Both the position numbers and the translations under genes were made by a program. Below the pieces are notes generated by a model that was not told where the DNA came from, searched no databases, and saw only the letters and a program-made list of their open reading frames with translations. Below are positions 8,198 through 16,528 of a DNA stretch of 64,000 nt, piece by piece (within the stretch, counting starts at the first letter, position 1; each line of letters begins with the position of its first letter). Origin of the DNA: a virus. The stretch is taken from IMG/VR virus record IMGVR_UViG_3300023265_000001; one strand, 5' to 3'.

Positions 8198-9001
8198 ATG
8201 GGCCAGCTCAGCGAGGACGCCAAGACCGACGCACTGCACTTCGCGCTGCGCGTCGCCGACGCGGCCGACTCGATCATCCTGTTCCACGCCGGCAACGTGC
8301 GCTCCGAGATGAAGCCCGACGGAACCCCGGTCTCCGACGTCGACCGTGCGATCGAGCGCATGGTCCACGCCGCCGTGAAGCGCGACCGCCGCGGCGAGGA
8401 GGTGCTGGGCGAGGAAAACGTCACCGGCTACAGGCCCGACGGTTCCCGGATCTGGGTCGTCGACCCGATCGACGGGACCGAGCTGCTCGTCAACGGCGAC
8501 CCCGGCTACGTCTTCAGCATGGCCCTCGTGATCGACGGCCAGCCCGAGGTCGCCGTCGTGCGCGACCCGAGGACCGGACGCAGCTGGTACGCCACGCTGG
8601 GCGGCGGCGCCTGGCTGAACGGCACGACCAGGCTCCGGGTCTCCGACCACACCCAGATCATCAGGCAGGCCGGCTGGGAGCCGGCCCGGCCGGCCGGCAA
8701 CATGTTCCTCTGGCCCGACGTCGTCAGCCTGGTCGACGGGGCCGGAGTCACCCCGCTCGAATACGGGTCTGTCATCCGGTCGGCCATGGACGTCGCGATG
8801 GGTCGCCTCGACGGGTTGATGTTCGGCCGATCCGGGCCGTGGGACATGGCCACCGCCGCGCTCATCGTGCCCGAGGCCGGCGGCCGGTTCACTGACCTGC
8901 TGGGCTTCAACCAGCGCGTCGACCAGCCGGTCAACGGCGGCCTGCTCTCCAACCTCTGGATCCACGAGGACCTGGTCCAGTTGGTCGAATACCAGCGCTA
9001 G
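8198..9001 (+). CDS. inositol monophosphatase / CysQ-SuhB family phosphatase
   Basis: 267 aa; GEE, WVVDPIDGT and WD.A.AALIV motifs of the IMPase fold. Confidence 0.85.
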   Translation: MGQLSEDAKTDALHFALRVADAADSIILFHAGNVRSEMKPDGTPVSDVDRAIERMVHAAVKRDRRGEEVLGEENVTGYRPDGSRIWVVDPIDGTELLVNGDPGYVFSMALVIDGQPEVAVVRDPRTGRSWYATLGGGAWLNGTTRLRVSDHTQIIRQAGWEPARPAGNMFLWPDVVSLVDGAGVTPLEYGSVIRSAMDVAMGRLDGLMFGRSGPWDMATAALIVPEAGGRFTDLLGFNQRVDQPVNGGLLSNLWIHEDLVQLVEYQR

Positions 9002-9060
9002 CCTGAACGCGAAGAAGCCCGGACCGCGTGGAGAGGTCCGGGCTTCTTCGCGCTCAGGCT
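9000..9060. terminator. long bidirectional terminator hairpin
   Basis: AGCCTGAaCGCGAAGAAGCCCGGACC ... GGTCCGGGCTTCTTCGCGcTCAGGCT; between convergent genes. Confidence 0.7.
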
Positions 9061-9063
9061 AGG

Positions 9064-9264
9064 TCAGTCCGGCAGAATGTCCTGCCCGATCACGTCCTCG
9101 CGGATGAACCGCTCGCAGTCGACCTTGCTTCTGAACCAGCACCCGTCGATCGGATAGCAGCCCAACGGCGTCTGCAGGTAAGCCCTCCAGGGGTACCGCT
9201 CGTCGTAGCCCTCTTCGTCCTTGTCGCCCGGATCGGCAAACCAGCCGCTGCGGTATTCACTCAT
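9064..9264 (-). CDS. hypothetical protein (66 aa)
   Basis: ORF track; acidic, Trp/Cys-containing. Confidence 0.6.
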   Translation of the reverse strand: MSEYRSGWFADPGDKDEEGYDERYPWRAYLQTPLGCYPIDGCWFRSKVDCERFIREDVIGQDILPD

Positions 9265-9496
9265 CGGTCGTTTCTACCTCCAGTCCGTGCCGGGCCGGGT
9301 CGCACACCCACCCCCACCCCAATCCCAGCGTGGTCGGGACCTGGCGCATATACGTCCAGGCGGTGCCAGCGAAGTACTTGCGCAGGTCTGCGCTCGTCGC
9401 GGGGTATGCCACCCACACGCCGCGCCGGCACTCCGGGATCAGGCAGTGGTACGGCCGCCGGCTGGCGATCAGCGACGGGCGGGCGAGCATGGCCAT
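9257..9496 (-). CDS. hypothetical protein (79 aa)
   Basis: Internal ATG 9496 (MAMLARPSLIA) of ORF 9257..10057 with GGAG upstream; rest of that ORF is low-complexity noise. Confidence 0.5.
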   Translation of the reverse strand: MAMLARPSLIASRRPYHCLIPECRRGVWVAYPATSADLRKYFAGTAWTYMRQVPTTLGLGWGWVCDPARHGLEVETTDE

Positions 9497-9952
9497 GGGC
9501 GCTCCATCTGGATGCGGGCACCGCGGTAGTGCCCGATTCGAGCAGCGTATACCAGTATGTGGACGCCAGATAGCCCTCCAGATAGGCCCCTGAGAGCCAA
9601 AACCAGGCCTCCGTAGGCCAGTTCCCGCGCCGAGGGGCGTTAGGCCGGCAGCGGCCCGCTGAGCGGGCGCACGAGCCTGTTCTGCTCGAAGGCCGGCCTG
9701 GCCAAAGCAGCGCAGCAAAGTTTTGCGACTCATCGACACCGCGAGGCCCAGAACGCTCCGGGCGCGCCCGCGAGGCGGGGGCAGGGGGTCCCCACCCCCT
9801 CTGACCAGGCAAAACACGGTGCAACTTGACACGTCGGCCCGGGTGTGGTTGTCTGTAGTGGCTTCACCGGAGCGACGCAGCGAGCGAGGCGGGCACAGCC
9901 CCCCGACACTGCGTAACCACAGAGGCAGGCACGGCACGACGCAACACAGCAC

Positions 9953-9993
9953 GTCAAGCTCGACTTGACAGGCACGGCACGGCACGCTAGGTT
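9953..9993 (+). promoter_or_regulatory. sigma70-type promoter 1 with palindromic -35 operator
   Basis: GTCAAG-n5-CTTGAC (9953-9969); TTGACA 9965-70, 17-nt spacer, TAGGTT 9988-93. Confidence 0.6.
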
Positions 9994-10115
9994 GATGGGG
10001 CACGGCAGGGAACGGGCAGGGCACAGGTAGCGCTAGACGGACGCACAGGGACATCACCTGCCTCCGCTACTGACCCCCGCACATACGCCCTGCACAACGT
10101 GCACAGCAAGCAAGC

Positions 10116-10156
10116 GTCAAGCCGCACTTGACAAGCGGGGCGCAGCACGGTACGGT
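10116..10156 (+). promoter_or_regulatory. sigma70-type promoter 2 with palindromic -35 operator
   Basis: GTCAAG-n5-CTTGAC (10116-10132); TTGACA 10128-33, 17-nt spacer, TACGGT 10151-56. Confidence 0.6.
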
Positions 10157-10254
10157 TACACCGCAACATCCCGGCCCACCTGGGCAGGGCGCACGGAAGC
10201 GGGCCACACGGTGGCAAGACGGCAAGCGCACGAATCAAGACCCGCAGTGTGAGT

Positions 10255-10295
10255 GTCAAGCGGGACTTGACAAGTAGGGCCGAGAGCGGTAACGT
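10255..10295 (+). promoter_or_regulatory. sigma70-type promoter 3 with palindromic -35 operator
   Basis: GTCAAG-n5-CTTGAC (10255-10271); TTGACA 10267-72, 17-nt spacer, TAACGT 10290-95. Confidence 0.6.
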
Positions 10296-10926
10296 TCTCC
10301 CCAGCAACACGGACGGCACGGAAGCGGGACGCGGCGAGCGTCAAGACGAACCCCTGGTGGGAAGGCGGGCCTGAGGTCCGCACGCCATAACAGCACTGGC
10401 GACAACCGGTGCACCTCGGGGTGGCTTGTCCTTTGAGAACTCCATAGCGTGGACGTTGATGGGCCGGAGTGTGCGGACCCATGGGTGAGCGTCGAATCCA
10501 GGTGGGCGGTACCGACCCGCTCGCAAAAACCTGGGCAGAAAAAAGGCCGACATTGGCCCCGTGCAGATCCACTTCTGGTGGGCGACGGATACAGCTACTC
10601 CGGTTCACGCCGGACTGCCGTCACGGGATTCCTCTCGGGAGGTTTGGAAACCTCCCCGATCTGGCCGGATCACCTCGGCGTACCTGCCGAGCACACAAAA
10701 ACAGCACCGCGAGGTGTTGGTGACCCTACGTGGCGACATTGTGGAGGCTCCCTGGACGGGTTGAGCTGCAGCGATGGGCGTCAAGACACACCACAGATTG
10801 CGCTTGACGTGGTGCTCGGGGACCTTCCGGGCTGGTGAGGCTGCATATAGCGGCAACCTCCCAGCTAGTGGGTGTCCGAGCACTGCTCTGGCCCAATCAG
10901 GGCAGGGAATCGAGCGAGGAGCGATC
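10296..10926 (+). other. ~0.6-kb untranslated leader / candidate structured RNA
   Basis: No credible ORF in any frame; locally lower GC; several short hairpins (e.g. GGGAGGT ttggaa ACCTCCC ~10637-56, CTCGGC gtacct GCCGAG ~10674-91). Confidence 0.3.
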
Positions 10927-11049
10927 ATGCAGCAGACGATCGAGCGCAAGGCTACCGACAAGAACGCCGGCCAGGAGACTGTGCCCACCGATCCGGCTCA
11001 CGAGCTGACCTGGGAGCGGGCCGTGGAAATGGCCATCGCTGGCTACTGA
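10927..11049 (+). CDS. array ORF 1, small hypothetical protein (40 aa)
   Basis: ATG 10927 after GAGCGAGGAG; stop TGA lies inside repeat SIR-01. Confidence 0.5.
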   Translation: MQQTIERKATDKNAGQETVPTDPAHELTWERAVEMAIAGY

Positions 11050-11108
11050 TCCTGTGGTTGAGGTCGAGGCGCGGCGTAAGCCGTGCTTGGACTCCGGCAC
11101 AGGGCCGG
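11046..11108 (+). repeat. SIR-01 structured intergenic repeat, family A
   Basis: CTGATC + outer stem CCTGTG/CACAGG + TTGAGGTCG + AGGCGCGGC/GCCGTGCTT hairpin + GCCGG. Confidence 0.85.
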
Positions 11109-11127
11109 TTTGGCAAGGGAGCGCGGC

Positions 11128-11352
11128 ATGGAAACCGAAACGTCGATGAACTTCGACCAGATGCACGACCAGCACGTGATCGAGTTCGCCGACCAGATCC
11201 TCGGGGTCAAGGAGTGGATGCGGATGTTCGGCAACAAAGATCACCCGCACTTCGGCCCGGTGACCGATCTCTGGGACCAGGCCGCCGCCGAGCTGGAGGA
11301 TCGCGGCCTTTTCGTCGAGTTCCGGGAAGAGCGAGGCATGGACCTGGACTGA
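11128..11352 (+). CDS. array ORF 2, hypothetical acidic protein (74 aa)
   Basis: ATG 11128 20 nt after SIR-01, GGGAG SD; stop in SIR-02. Confidence 0.6.
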   Translation: METETSMNFDQMHDQHVIEFADQILGVKEWMRMFGNKDHPHFGPVTDLWDQAAAELEDRGLFVEFREERGMDLD

Positions 11353-11411
11353 TCCTGCGGTTGAGGTCGAGGCGCGGTGCGAACCGTGCCTGGACTCCGG
11401 CGCAGGGCCGG
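11349..11411 (+). repeat. SIR-02, family A
   Basis: Outer stem CCTGCG/CGCAGG; inner AGGCGCGG tgcgaa CCGTGCCT. Confidence 0.85.
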
Positions 11412-11431
11412 ATGGAAGCGAGGAAGTTGTC

Positions 11432-11704
11432 ATGGACATGCTCAAGTTCGCCGAGGACATGTACGCCGTTTACTCGACGCGGCAGATGTTCCGGGTGGCT
11501 CGCCTGGTGACGCCGGACGAGGACCGTTCCCGCTGGGTGGCGACTGCCGACAGCCGGGTGTGGCGCCAGGACAACGATCGCTGGCAGGGCATGGGCGACT
11601 GGGAGGTTGTCCGGCACCCTGACGGGGAGATCCGGGAGCACCTGACCGAGCAGTTGCACCACTACGGCGTGGCTCCGTCGTCGCCGATGTGGGAGACGTA
11701 CTGA
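11432..11704 (+). CDS. array ORF 3, hypothetical protein (90 aa)
   Basis: ORF track; SD GAGGAAG; stop in SIR-03. Confidence 0.6.
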   Translation: MDMLKFAEDMYAVYSTRQMFRVARLVTPDEDRSRWVATADSRVWRQDNDRWQGMGDWEVVRHPDGEIREHLTEQLHHYGVAPSSPMWETY

Positions 11705-11763
11705 TCCTGCGGTTGAGGTCGAGGCGCGGCGTAGGCCGTGCCTGGACTCCGGCGCAGGGCCGG
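11701..11763 (+). repeat. SIR-03, family A
   Basis: Outer stem CCTGCG/CGCAGG; inner AGGCGCGGC gtag GCCGTGCCT. Confidence 0.85.
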
Positions 11764-11782
11764 ACGGAACGAGGGAGACATC

Positions 11783-12103
11783 ATGGGCGACGCCACGGCG
11801 GTCGAGATCATCACGGCGGCGGAACTGATCACGCCGGATGACTACACGACCGAACTGGGCAAGCGCTGGGCGGCGCACCGCAACGAGTGGGTGACCGTGA
11901 CCGAGATCCGGCTGGCGCACACCGGCGGCCAGCTGGCGGGCTACATCGTGGCCGGTGACGACAACCACGTGTTCGGCATGGCGGAGTGCACCGACGGCTC
12001 CTCCAAGTCGGTGGCGCACTGCGTCCTGGACACGTCGTCGGGCAGGGAGCACATGATCGCCAGTGTGATCGCTGTCTGGGCTGACAGCTGGGGCGGTAAC
12101 TGA
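11783..12103 (+). CDS. array ORF 4, hypothetical protein (106 aa)
   Basis: ATG 11783 after GAGGGAGACATC; stop in SIR-04. Confidence 0.6.
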   Translation: MGDATAVEIITAAELITPDDYTTELGKRWAAHRNEWVTVTEIRLAHTGGQLAGYIVAGDDNHVFGMAECTDGSSKSVAHCVLDTSSGREHMIASVIAVWADSWGGN

Positions 12104-12162
12104 TCCTGCGGTTGAGGTCGAGGCGCGGCGCTGGCCGTGCCTGGACTCCGGCGCAGGGCCGG
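12100..12162 (+). repeat. SIR-04, family A
   Basis: Outer stem CCTGCG/CGCAGG; same inner helix, loop gctg. Confidence 0.85.
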
Positions 12163-12180
12163 ATTGAGCAAGGGGGCGTC

Positions 12181-12426
12181 ATGCCGAAGTTCGAGATCCA
12201 CGCCAACGGGGACCGTCAGGAAACCATCGAGCTGGAGATGCCCAAGATCGGGCTGCTGATCGAGGTGGTCAGCGCGTTCTGGACGCACGATGTGTTCCGC
12301 AACGAGGGTGGCTGCCCGTTCACGGTTGCGGTGGTCAAGCACGACGGCCGAACCGTGGCGTATGGGTGGCTGGAGCCTGCGGGTTGGATGTGGGACGACA
12401 TCGACGAGGCTTACGACGAGAGCTGA
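12181..12426 (+). CDS. array ORF 5, hypothetical protein (81 aa)
   Basis: ATG 12181 after AGGGGG; stop in SIR-05. Confidence 0.6.
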   Translation: MPKFEIHANGDRQETIELEMPKIGLLIEVVSAFWTHDVFRNEGGCPFTVAVVKHDGRTVAYGWLEPAGWMWDDIDEAYDES

Positions 12427-12485
12427 TCCTGCGGTTGAGGTCGAGGCGCGGCGTAGGCCGTGCCTCGACTCCGGCGCAGGGCCGG
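12423..12485 (+). repeat. SIR-05, family A
   Basis: Outer stem CCTGCG/CGCAGG. Confidence 0.85.
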
Positions 12486-12504
12486 ACGTACGGAAGGTGT
12501 GAGC

Positions 12505-12762
12505 ATGAGCTACCGCGTCGAGGTGCTGGAGCCCCTCACGGAGGAGCCGCTGGGCTTCCTGATGACCGAGGACGACGAGAATCCGAACAACGTCGAGCGG
12601 GTCGCCAGCTTCGACACCCTGGAGGATGTCCGGCAGGCAATCGGCGAGTCGATCGCCGCTGGCCGCCCGATGGACTACCTGGTCGAGGACGAGAGCGGCG
12701 AGCACATCGGCGTGGCCTACGCCGATGGGGAGGTGTGGCACTACGAACTGCCCGAGGACTGA
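12505..12762 (+). CDS. array ORF 6, hypothetical strongly acidic protein (85 aa)
   Basis: ATG 12505 after GGAAGG; D/E-rich; stop in SIR-06. Confidence 0.6.
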   Translation: MSYRVEVLEPLTEEPLGFLMTEDDENPNNVERVASFDTLEDVRQAIGESIAAGRPMDYLVEDESGEHIGVAYADGEVWHYELPED

Positions 12763-12820
12763 TCCTGTGGTTGAGGGTGCGGGCCGCTACGGCGGCTCGT
12801 CGCCTCCGGCACAGGGCCGG
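12759..12820 (+). repeat. SIR-06, family B
   Basis: Outer stem CCTGTG/CACAGG; TTGAGGGTG; inner GCCGC tacg GCGGC; CGCCTCCGG. Confidence 0.85.
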
Positions 12821-12837
12821 ATGAGAGCGAGGGCACG

Positions 12838-13092
12838 ATGACCTTCCGAATGATGATCCGTGAGGCTGTCAAGGGTGGCGGCATCGAGGAATATCACCCC
12901 GAGGTCAGCGCCAAAGAGATCGACTACTTCGTCACGGTCACGGAGAAGTTCTACGGGGCCTGCCCGCAGTTCTTCGCGGTGACGATCATCGACGAGGACA
13001 CCGACGAACCGGTGCTGTACGGGGCTCGCCAGCAGGGCGACGTGTGGCGCTGGAGCGGGGCGTACTACGCACCACGGCCGAAAGGCTACTGA
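12838..13092 (+). CDS. array ORF 7, hypothetical protein (84 aa)
   Basis: ORF track; SD GAGGG; stop in SIR-07. Confidence 0.6.
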   Translation: MTFRMMIREAVKGGGIEEYHPEVSAKEIDYFVTVTEKFYGACPQFFAVTIIDEDTDEPVLYGARQQGDVWRWSGAYYAPRPKGY

Positions 13093-13151
13093 TCCTGCGG
13101 TTGAGGTCGAGGCGCGGCGTAGGCCGTGCCTGGACTCCGGCGCAGGGCCGG
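13089..13151 (+). repeat. SIR-07, family A
   Basis: Identical core to SIR-03. Confidence 0.85.
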
Positions 13152-13168
13152 ACGGAAGTGAGGGCATC

Positions 13169-13660
13169 ATGACCAGGATCATCGACCAGCGGGTCCGGGA
13201 CTTCGTCGCCGAGACCGGGCTGGATCTCGTGACGGTCAGCGAGTACGTCGAGGACGTCGTTACCGGCTACATCGGCACGCTGTTGTGGAGCGAGTCGTGC
13301 AACGGCACGGCGCCGTTGCACGTCTGCGACCACCTCAGTAGGCAAGGTGACGAGGCTGCCGACTGCGACACGAGCTTGGACTCGCTGGGCTACGCCGAGA
13401 ACGATCTCGCCGGGGAGGCTTACGACTCGATCCGGGAGGACGTCGCGGACTTCGTCTGCGCCAACTGGGCGGACCTGTACGGCTCCGACATGGACGCCGG
13501 GCAGGCCGGTCACGACTTCCTGCTCACCCGCAACCACCACGGTGCGGGTTTCTGGGACCGGGGGCTCGGCGAGCGTGGCGACAGGCTCACGGCCAACGCT
13601 CACCCGTACGGCACAACCGACGCCTACGTGGGAGACGACGAGCTGGTCTACGTGAGCTGA
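13169..13660 (+). CDS. array ORF 8, hypothetical acidic protein (163 aa)
   Basis: ORF track; conserved-looking GHDFLLTRNHHGAGFWDRG segment; stop in SIR-08. Confidence 0.65.
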   Translation: MTRIIDQRVRDFVAETGLDLVTVSEYVEDVVTGYIGTLLWSESCNGTAPLHVCDHLSRQGDEAADCDTSLDSLGYAENDLAGEAYDSIREDVADFVCANWADLYGSDMDAGQAGHDFLLTRNHHGAGFWDRGLGERGDRLTANAHPYGTTDAYVGDDELVYVS

Positions 13661-13720
13661 TCGTCCAGATGAGGGTGAGCGCCGGTTACGCCCGGCGCTT
13701 CGCCTCCGGTGGATGGCCGG
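13657..13720 (+). repeat. SIR-08, family B variant
   Basis: Outer stem GTCCA/TGGAT; ATGAGGGTG; inner GCGCCGG ttacg CCCGGCGC; CGCCTCCGG. Confidence 0.75.
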
Positions 13721-13741
13721 CCGATTTCCAGGAGGAATCTC

Positions 13742-14011
13742 ATGATCGCCAACCTGATCGACAAGACTCACGCCATCGGCGGTATCCGGGTGGCCGAGCG
13801 TCCCCGCCGCGCTGTGCGGCGCGGTGGCCCCGTGGTCATCGTGCCGCTGGCTGACGGTTCCGAGAAGGTCTACCCGGTCGGCCGTGATGTCGAGGTTACA
13901 GGCTGGACGGAGCCGTTCCAAGCGGGTCCGGTCAAGGCGCTTGTCGGTGGTCAGCGCATCGACTACGCCGAGCGTACGGCCAACTTCACCGTGAGCCGTA
14001 ATCCTCGCTGA
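13742..14011 (+). CDS. array ORF 9, hypothetical protein (89 aa)
   Basis: ATG 13742 after CAGGAGGAA. Confidence 0.6.
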   Translation: MIANLIDKTHAIGGIRVAERPRRAVRRGGPVVIVPLADGSEKVYPVGRDVEVTGWTEPFQAGPVKALVGGQRIDYAERTANFTVSRNPR

Positions 14012-14030
14012 GCTGAGTGTCACGGCCAAC

Positions 14031-14060
14031 TTGACAGGGTAGGGTGAGGGCCGCTACTGT
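14031..14060 (+). promoter_or_regulatory. promoter module copy 1
   Basis: TGTCACGGCCAACTTGACA; TTGACA 14031-36, 18-nt spacer, TACTGT 14055-60; homologous to modules at 17289 and 21759. Confidence 0.6.
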
Positions 14061-14096
14061 GGTCCTCAGCAAGGCAACGAGCGAGAGGGACGGGAC

Positions 14097-14294
14097 ATGG
14101 CAATCACACAGGACGTACTGGCGGGCAGCGCCGCATACGACGCAGTAGCCCAGACGGAGAGCGTCGAGGAAAAGCGACACCTGCTCCGGGCGTTCCGGCC
14201 GGGCGTGCTGCACTACCTCGCCGATGCGGTCTACGTGGAATGGGAGGGGCTGCGCGAGGAGACCGTGATCAACAACATCCTGACCGAACTCTGA
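14097..14294 (+). CDS. array ORF 10, hypothetical protein (65 aa)
   Basis: ORF track; SD GAGAGGGACGGGAC; stop in SIR-09. Confidence 0.6.
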   Translation: MAITQDVLAGSAAYDAVAQTESVEEKRHLLRAFRPGVLHYLADAVYVEWEGLREETVINNILTEL

Positions 14295-14352
14295 TCCTGT
14301 GGTTGAGGGTGGGCGCCAGCGTGCTGGCGCTACGCCTCCGGCACAGGGCCGG
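14291..14352 (+). repeat. SIR-09, family B
   Basis: Outer stem CCTGTG/CACAGG; inner GCGCCAG cgtg CTGGCGC. Confidence 0.85.
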
Positions 14353-14370
14353 TACGAGCAAGGGAGCGAC

Positions 14371-14748
14371 ATGGACCCCAACGCCGCGTTGGAGCAGATC
14401 AGGGCAGCCCGCCGAGAGATCCAGTCGGTGGCCGAGCAGATCGTCTGGCCCTACCAGGGCGACCGTGAGCGGAACCTGGAGCGGGTCGCCGAGGAGCTGG
14501 CCGAACTCTTCCAGGGCTTGGATGAGTTCCTGACACACGGCGGTTTTCTGCCGAGCGACTGGGAGGGCAAGCGCAAGGCGTTCACCCCGGAGCAGGGGGA
14601 CGTCATCGCCGAGGCGCTGGGCGACGCCTACGCCTACCGCAACGACTCCGGCGAGAGGGACGAGGAGGACCTGGAGGAGTACGAGCGGGAGGCGTGCCGC
14701 CGGTACACGCAGCTGGCGACCGAACTGGGCGTGAAGATCGCCAACTGA
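14371..14748 (+). CDS. array ORF 11, hypothetical acidic protein (125 aa)
   Basis: ATG 14371 after AGGGAG; stop in SIR-10. Confidence 0.6.
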   Translation: MDPNAALEQIRAARREIQSVAEQIVWPYQGDRERNLERVAEELAELFQGLDEFLTHGGFLPSDWEGKRKAFTPEQGDVIAEALGDAYAYRNDSGERDEEDLEEYEREACRRYTQLATELGVKIAN

Positions 14749-14806
14749 TCCTGTGGTTGAGGGTGCGGGCCGCCACGGCGGCCCGATGCCTCCGGCACAG
14801 GGCCGG
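14745..14806 (+). repeat. SIR-10, family B
   Basis: Outer stem CCTGTG/CACAGG; inner GGGCCGC cacg GCGGCCC. Confidence 0.85.
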
Positions 14807-14827
14807 AAGTGAGCACGAGGAGCGACC

Positions 14828-15187
14828 ATGAAGCTGCACACCGACATCCTGACGTCGATGAACATCGACGAGGCGCTGAACCGAGCCAAGGAGGCGGGCA
14901 AGGTCACTCGGGACATCTACTTCGTCCAGAAGAACGGCGCCGGGTCTCGGTCCCGCCGGGCCGGGTACGAGATCCAGCTGGGCACCGACGACAAGACGTC
15001 GGGACCGACCAACTCCCGGCGCTTCAAGAACAGCGGCTGGACCGGCGCCGACACGGTGTACGCGGCGACCTACGACGAGTGGGGATGGTTCATCGCCCAG
15101 CTCTTCCAGGTCGACCCTGACGCCATCTTCGGCGGCTACAAGGGCGTGGAGGACTTCCACGAGCAGACCAAGAACGCGTATCGCTGA
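14828..15187 (+). CDS. array ORF 12, hypothetical protein (119 aa)
   Basis: ORF track; SD GAGGAG; stop in SIR-11. Confidence 0.6.
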   Translation: MKLHTDILTSMNIDEALNRAKEAGKVTRDIYFVQKNGAGSRSRRAGYEIQLGTDDKTSGPTNSRRFKNSGWTGADTVYAATYDEWGWFIAQLFQVDPDAIFGGYKGVEDFHEQTKNAYR

Positions 15188-15245
15188 TCCTGCGGGTGAG
15201 GGTGGGCGCCGGGTAACCGGCGCCATGCCTCCGGCGCAGGGCCGG
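15184..15245 (+). repeat. SIR-11, family B
   Basis: Outer stem CCTGCG/CGCAGG; GTGAGGGTG; inner GGCGCCGG gtaa CCGGCGCC. Confidence 0.85.
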
Positions 15246-15264
15246 ACAGAATGAGGGAGACATC

Positions 15265-15642
15265 ATGGGCAGCGTCCTGGACTACTTCGTCCGTCACATC
15301 ACGCTGGTGCTCGACAACGACGAGGTGACCTACAACCGAATGACACGGACGGCGATCCGCATCGTCCGCAACAGCGGGGTCACGGTCTCCGAGTGGAAGA
15401 AGATGAACAGCGAGGACCGCCGCGACGAGTACGCCATGAAGATCGGCGAGCGTCTGGTGGAGATCATCGAGGATGAGTACCTCGCCGAGGCGGTCAGTGA
15501 CGGCACGGTCGGCGCGCAGCTGATCAGCGAGGTCATGATCACCGGCGACAGCGCGTTCGTCTACGAGATCGGCAGTCACTACATCCCCGAGGACGCCGAC
15601 GTCGTCGACCTGCTCGACGACGAGGACGAGGACGAGGACTGA
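15265..15642 (+). CDS. array ORF 13, hypothetical protein with poly-acidic tail (125 aa)
   Basis: ORF track; SD GAGGGAG; ends LLDDEDEDED; stop in SIR-12. Confidence 0.6.
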   Translation: MGSVLDYFVRHITLVLDNDEVTYNRMTRTAIRIVRNSGVTVSEWKKMNSEDRRDEYAMKIGERLVEIIEDEYLAEAVSDGTVGAQLISEVMITGDSAFVYEIGSHYIPEDADVVDLLDDEDEDED

Positions 15643-15700
15643 TCCTGCGGATGAGGGTGCGGGCCGCTGAAGCGGCCCGATGCCTCCGGCACAGGGCCGG
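15639..15700 (+). repeat. SIR-12, family B
   Basis: Outer stem CCTGCG/CACAGG (one mismatch); inner GGGCCGC tgaa GCGGCCC. Confidence 0.8.
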
Positions 15701-15719
15701 TATGTACGAGGGAGTGGCG

Positions 15720-16004
15720 ATGGCAACCCTTTACGGCGTGATCTACACAGCCGACGACGAGAGCACCACCGAGCACTCGGCCCACATCACCAAAGATGAC
15801 GCGGCACGGGCTGGCGCTGAGCTGGTCAAGGCCGAGGTCGAGCGCATCAGGTCGTGGGACCCGTCAGCGCCTGACCTGCCCGAGGCGTGGGCAGGCGACT
15901 GGGACCTGATCGACTGGATGCGCTCGCACTACGAGGTGCGTCTGGAGATCGAGCCCGTCGAGGTCTCCGAGGATGTGATCCGGGCGCTGATTGCCCGGCG
16001 CTGA
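15720..16004 (+). CDS. array ORF 14, hypothetical acidic protein (94 aa)
   Basis: ATG 15720 after GAGGGAG; stop in SIR-13. Confidence 0.6.
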   Translation: MATLYGVIYTADDESTTEHSAHITKDDAARAGAELVKAEVERIRSWDPSAPDLPEAWAGDWDLIDWMRSHYEVRLEIEPVEVSEDVIRALIARR

Positions 16005-16062
16005 TCCTGCGGATGAAGGTGCGGGCCGCTACGGCGGCTCGTCGCCTCCGGCGCAGGGCCGG
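16001..16062 (+). repeat. SIR-13, family B
   Basis: Outer stem CCTGCG/CGCAGG; ATGAAGGTG; inner GGGCCGC tacg GCGGCTC. Confidence 0.85.
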
Positions 16063-16081
16063 ATGGAACGAGGGAGACACC

Positions 16082-16450
16082 ATGACCATGCCTCACATCA
16101 AGGTCTACCGCGAGTGGACCGTCTGGGAGAACGAGGGCGACGACGAGCCCACCGTGGTCAAGCAGGAGGAAGACACCTACCCCTGCTTCCCCGATGCGAT
16201 CGACCACCAGGACGGCCTGACGGTCGTCGACCTGGCGGTGGCGGTCCTGGAGGGCAAGCTCTACGTGACCGAGACCAGCAACCACCCGTGGTCGCTGGGG
16301 AGCTGGTACAGCGCCACTCCTGGCCCCGATCACAGCTGGGGCATGAACGGCGCCGACGAGAGCCTGACGGCGCACCTGGAGGGCTTCACACCGGAGGAGG
16401 AGACGACGATCTTCGAGACGGTGAGCAAGCACGTGCCGTCGATGCGCTGA
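16082..16450 (+). CDS. array ORF 15, hypothetical acidic protein (122 aa)
   Basis: ATG 16082 after GAGGGAGACACC; stop in SIR-14. Confidence 0.6.
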   Translation: MTMPHIKVYREWTVWENEGDDEPTVVKQEEDTYPCFPDAIDHQDGLTVVDLAVAVLEGKLYVTETSNHPWSLGSWYSATPGPDHSWGMNGADESLTAHLEGFTPEEETTIFETVSKHVPSMR

Positions 16451-16509
16451 CCGTACGGATGAGGGTGGCTGCCAGCACGCTGGCAGCTCGCCTCCGGCGT
16501 ACGGGCCGG
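16447..16509 (+). repeat. SIR-14, family B
   Basis: Outer stem CCGTACG/CGTACGG (covaries vs CCTGCG); inner GCTGCCAGC ac GCTGGCAGC. Confidence 0.85.
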
Positions 16510-16528
16510 ACTGACGAAGGGAAACATC

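Noticed and set aside
8063-8965. Long N-terminal extension of the vWA gene (ORF 7379..8965, 528 aa)
   Set aside because: The upstream 300 codons are G/D/V/A/R noise antisense to the IMPase gene. A strong SD (GGAAGGAG) precedes ATG 8062, and the vWA domain starts right after it.
10449-10838. 129-aa and overlapping 84/67-aa ORFs in the leader upstream of the array
   Set aside because: They have no SD, odd composition and weak third-position GC bias. The region is better explained as untranslated or structured RNA.
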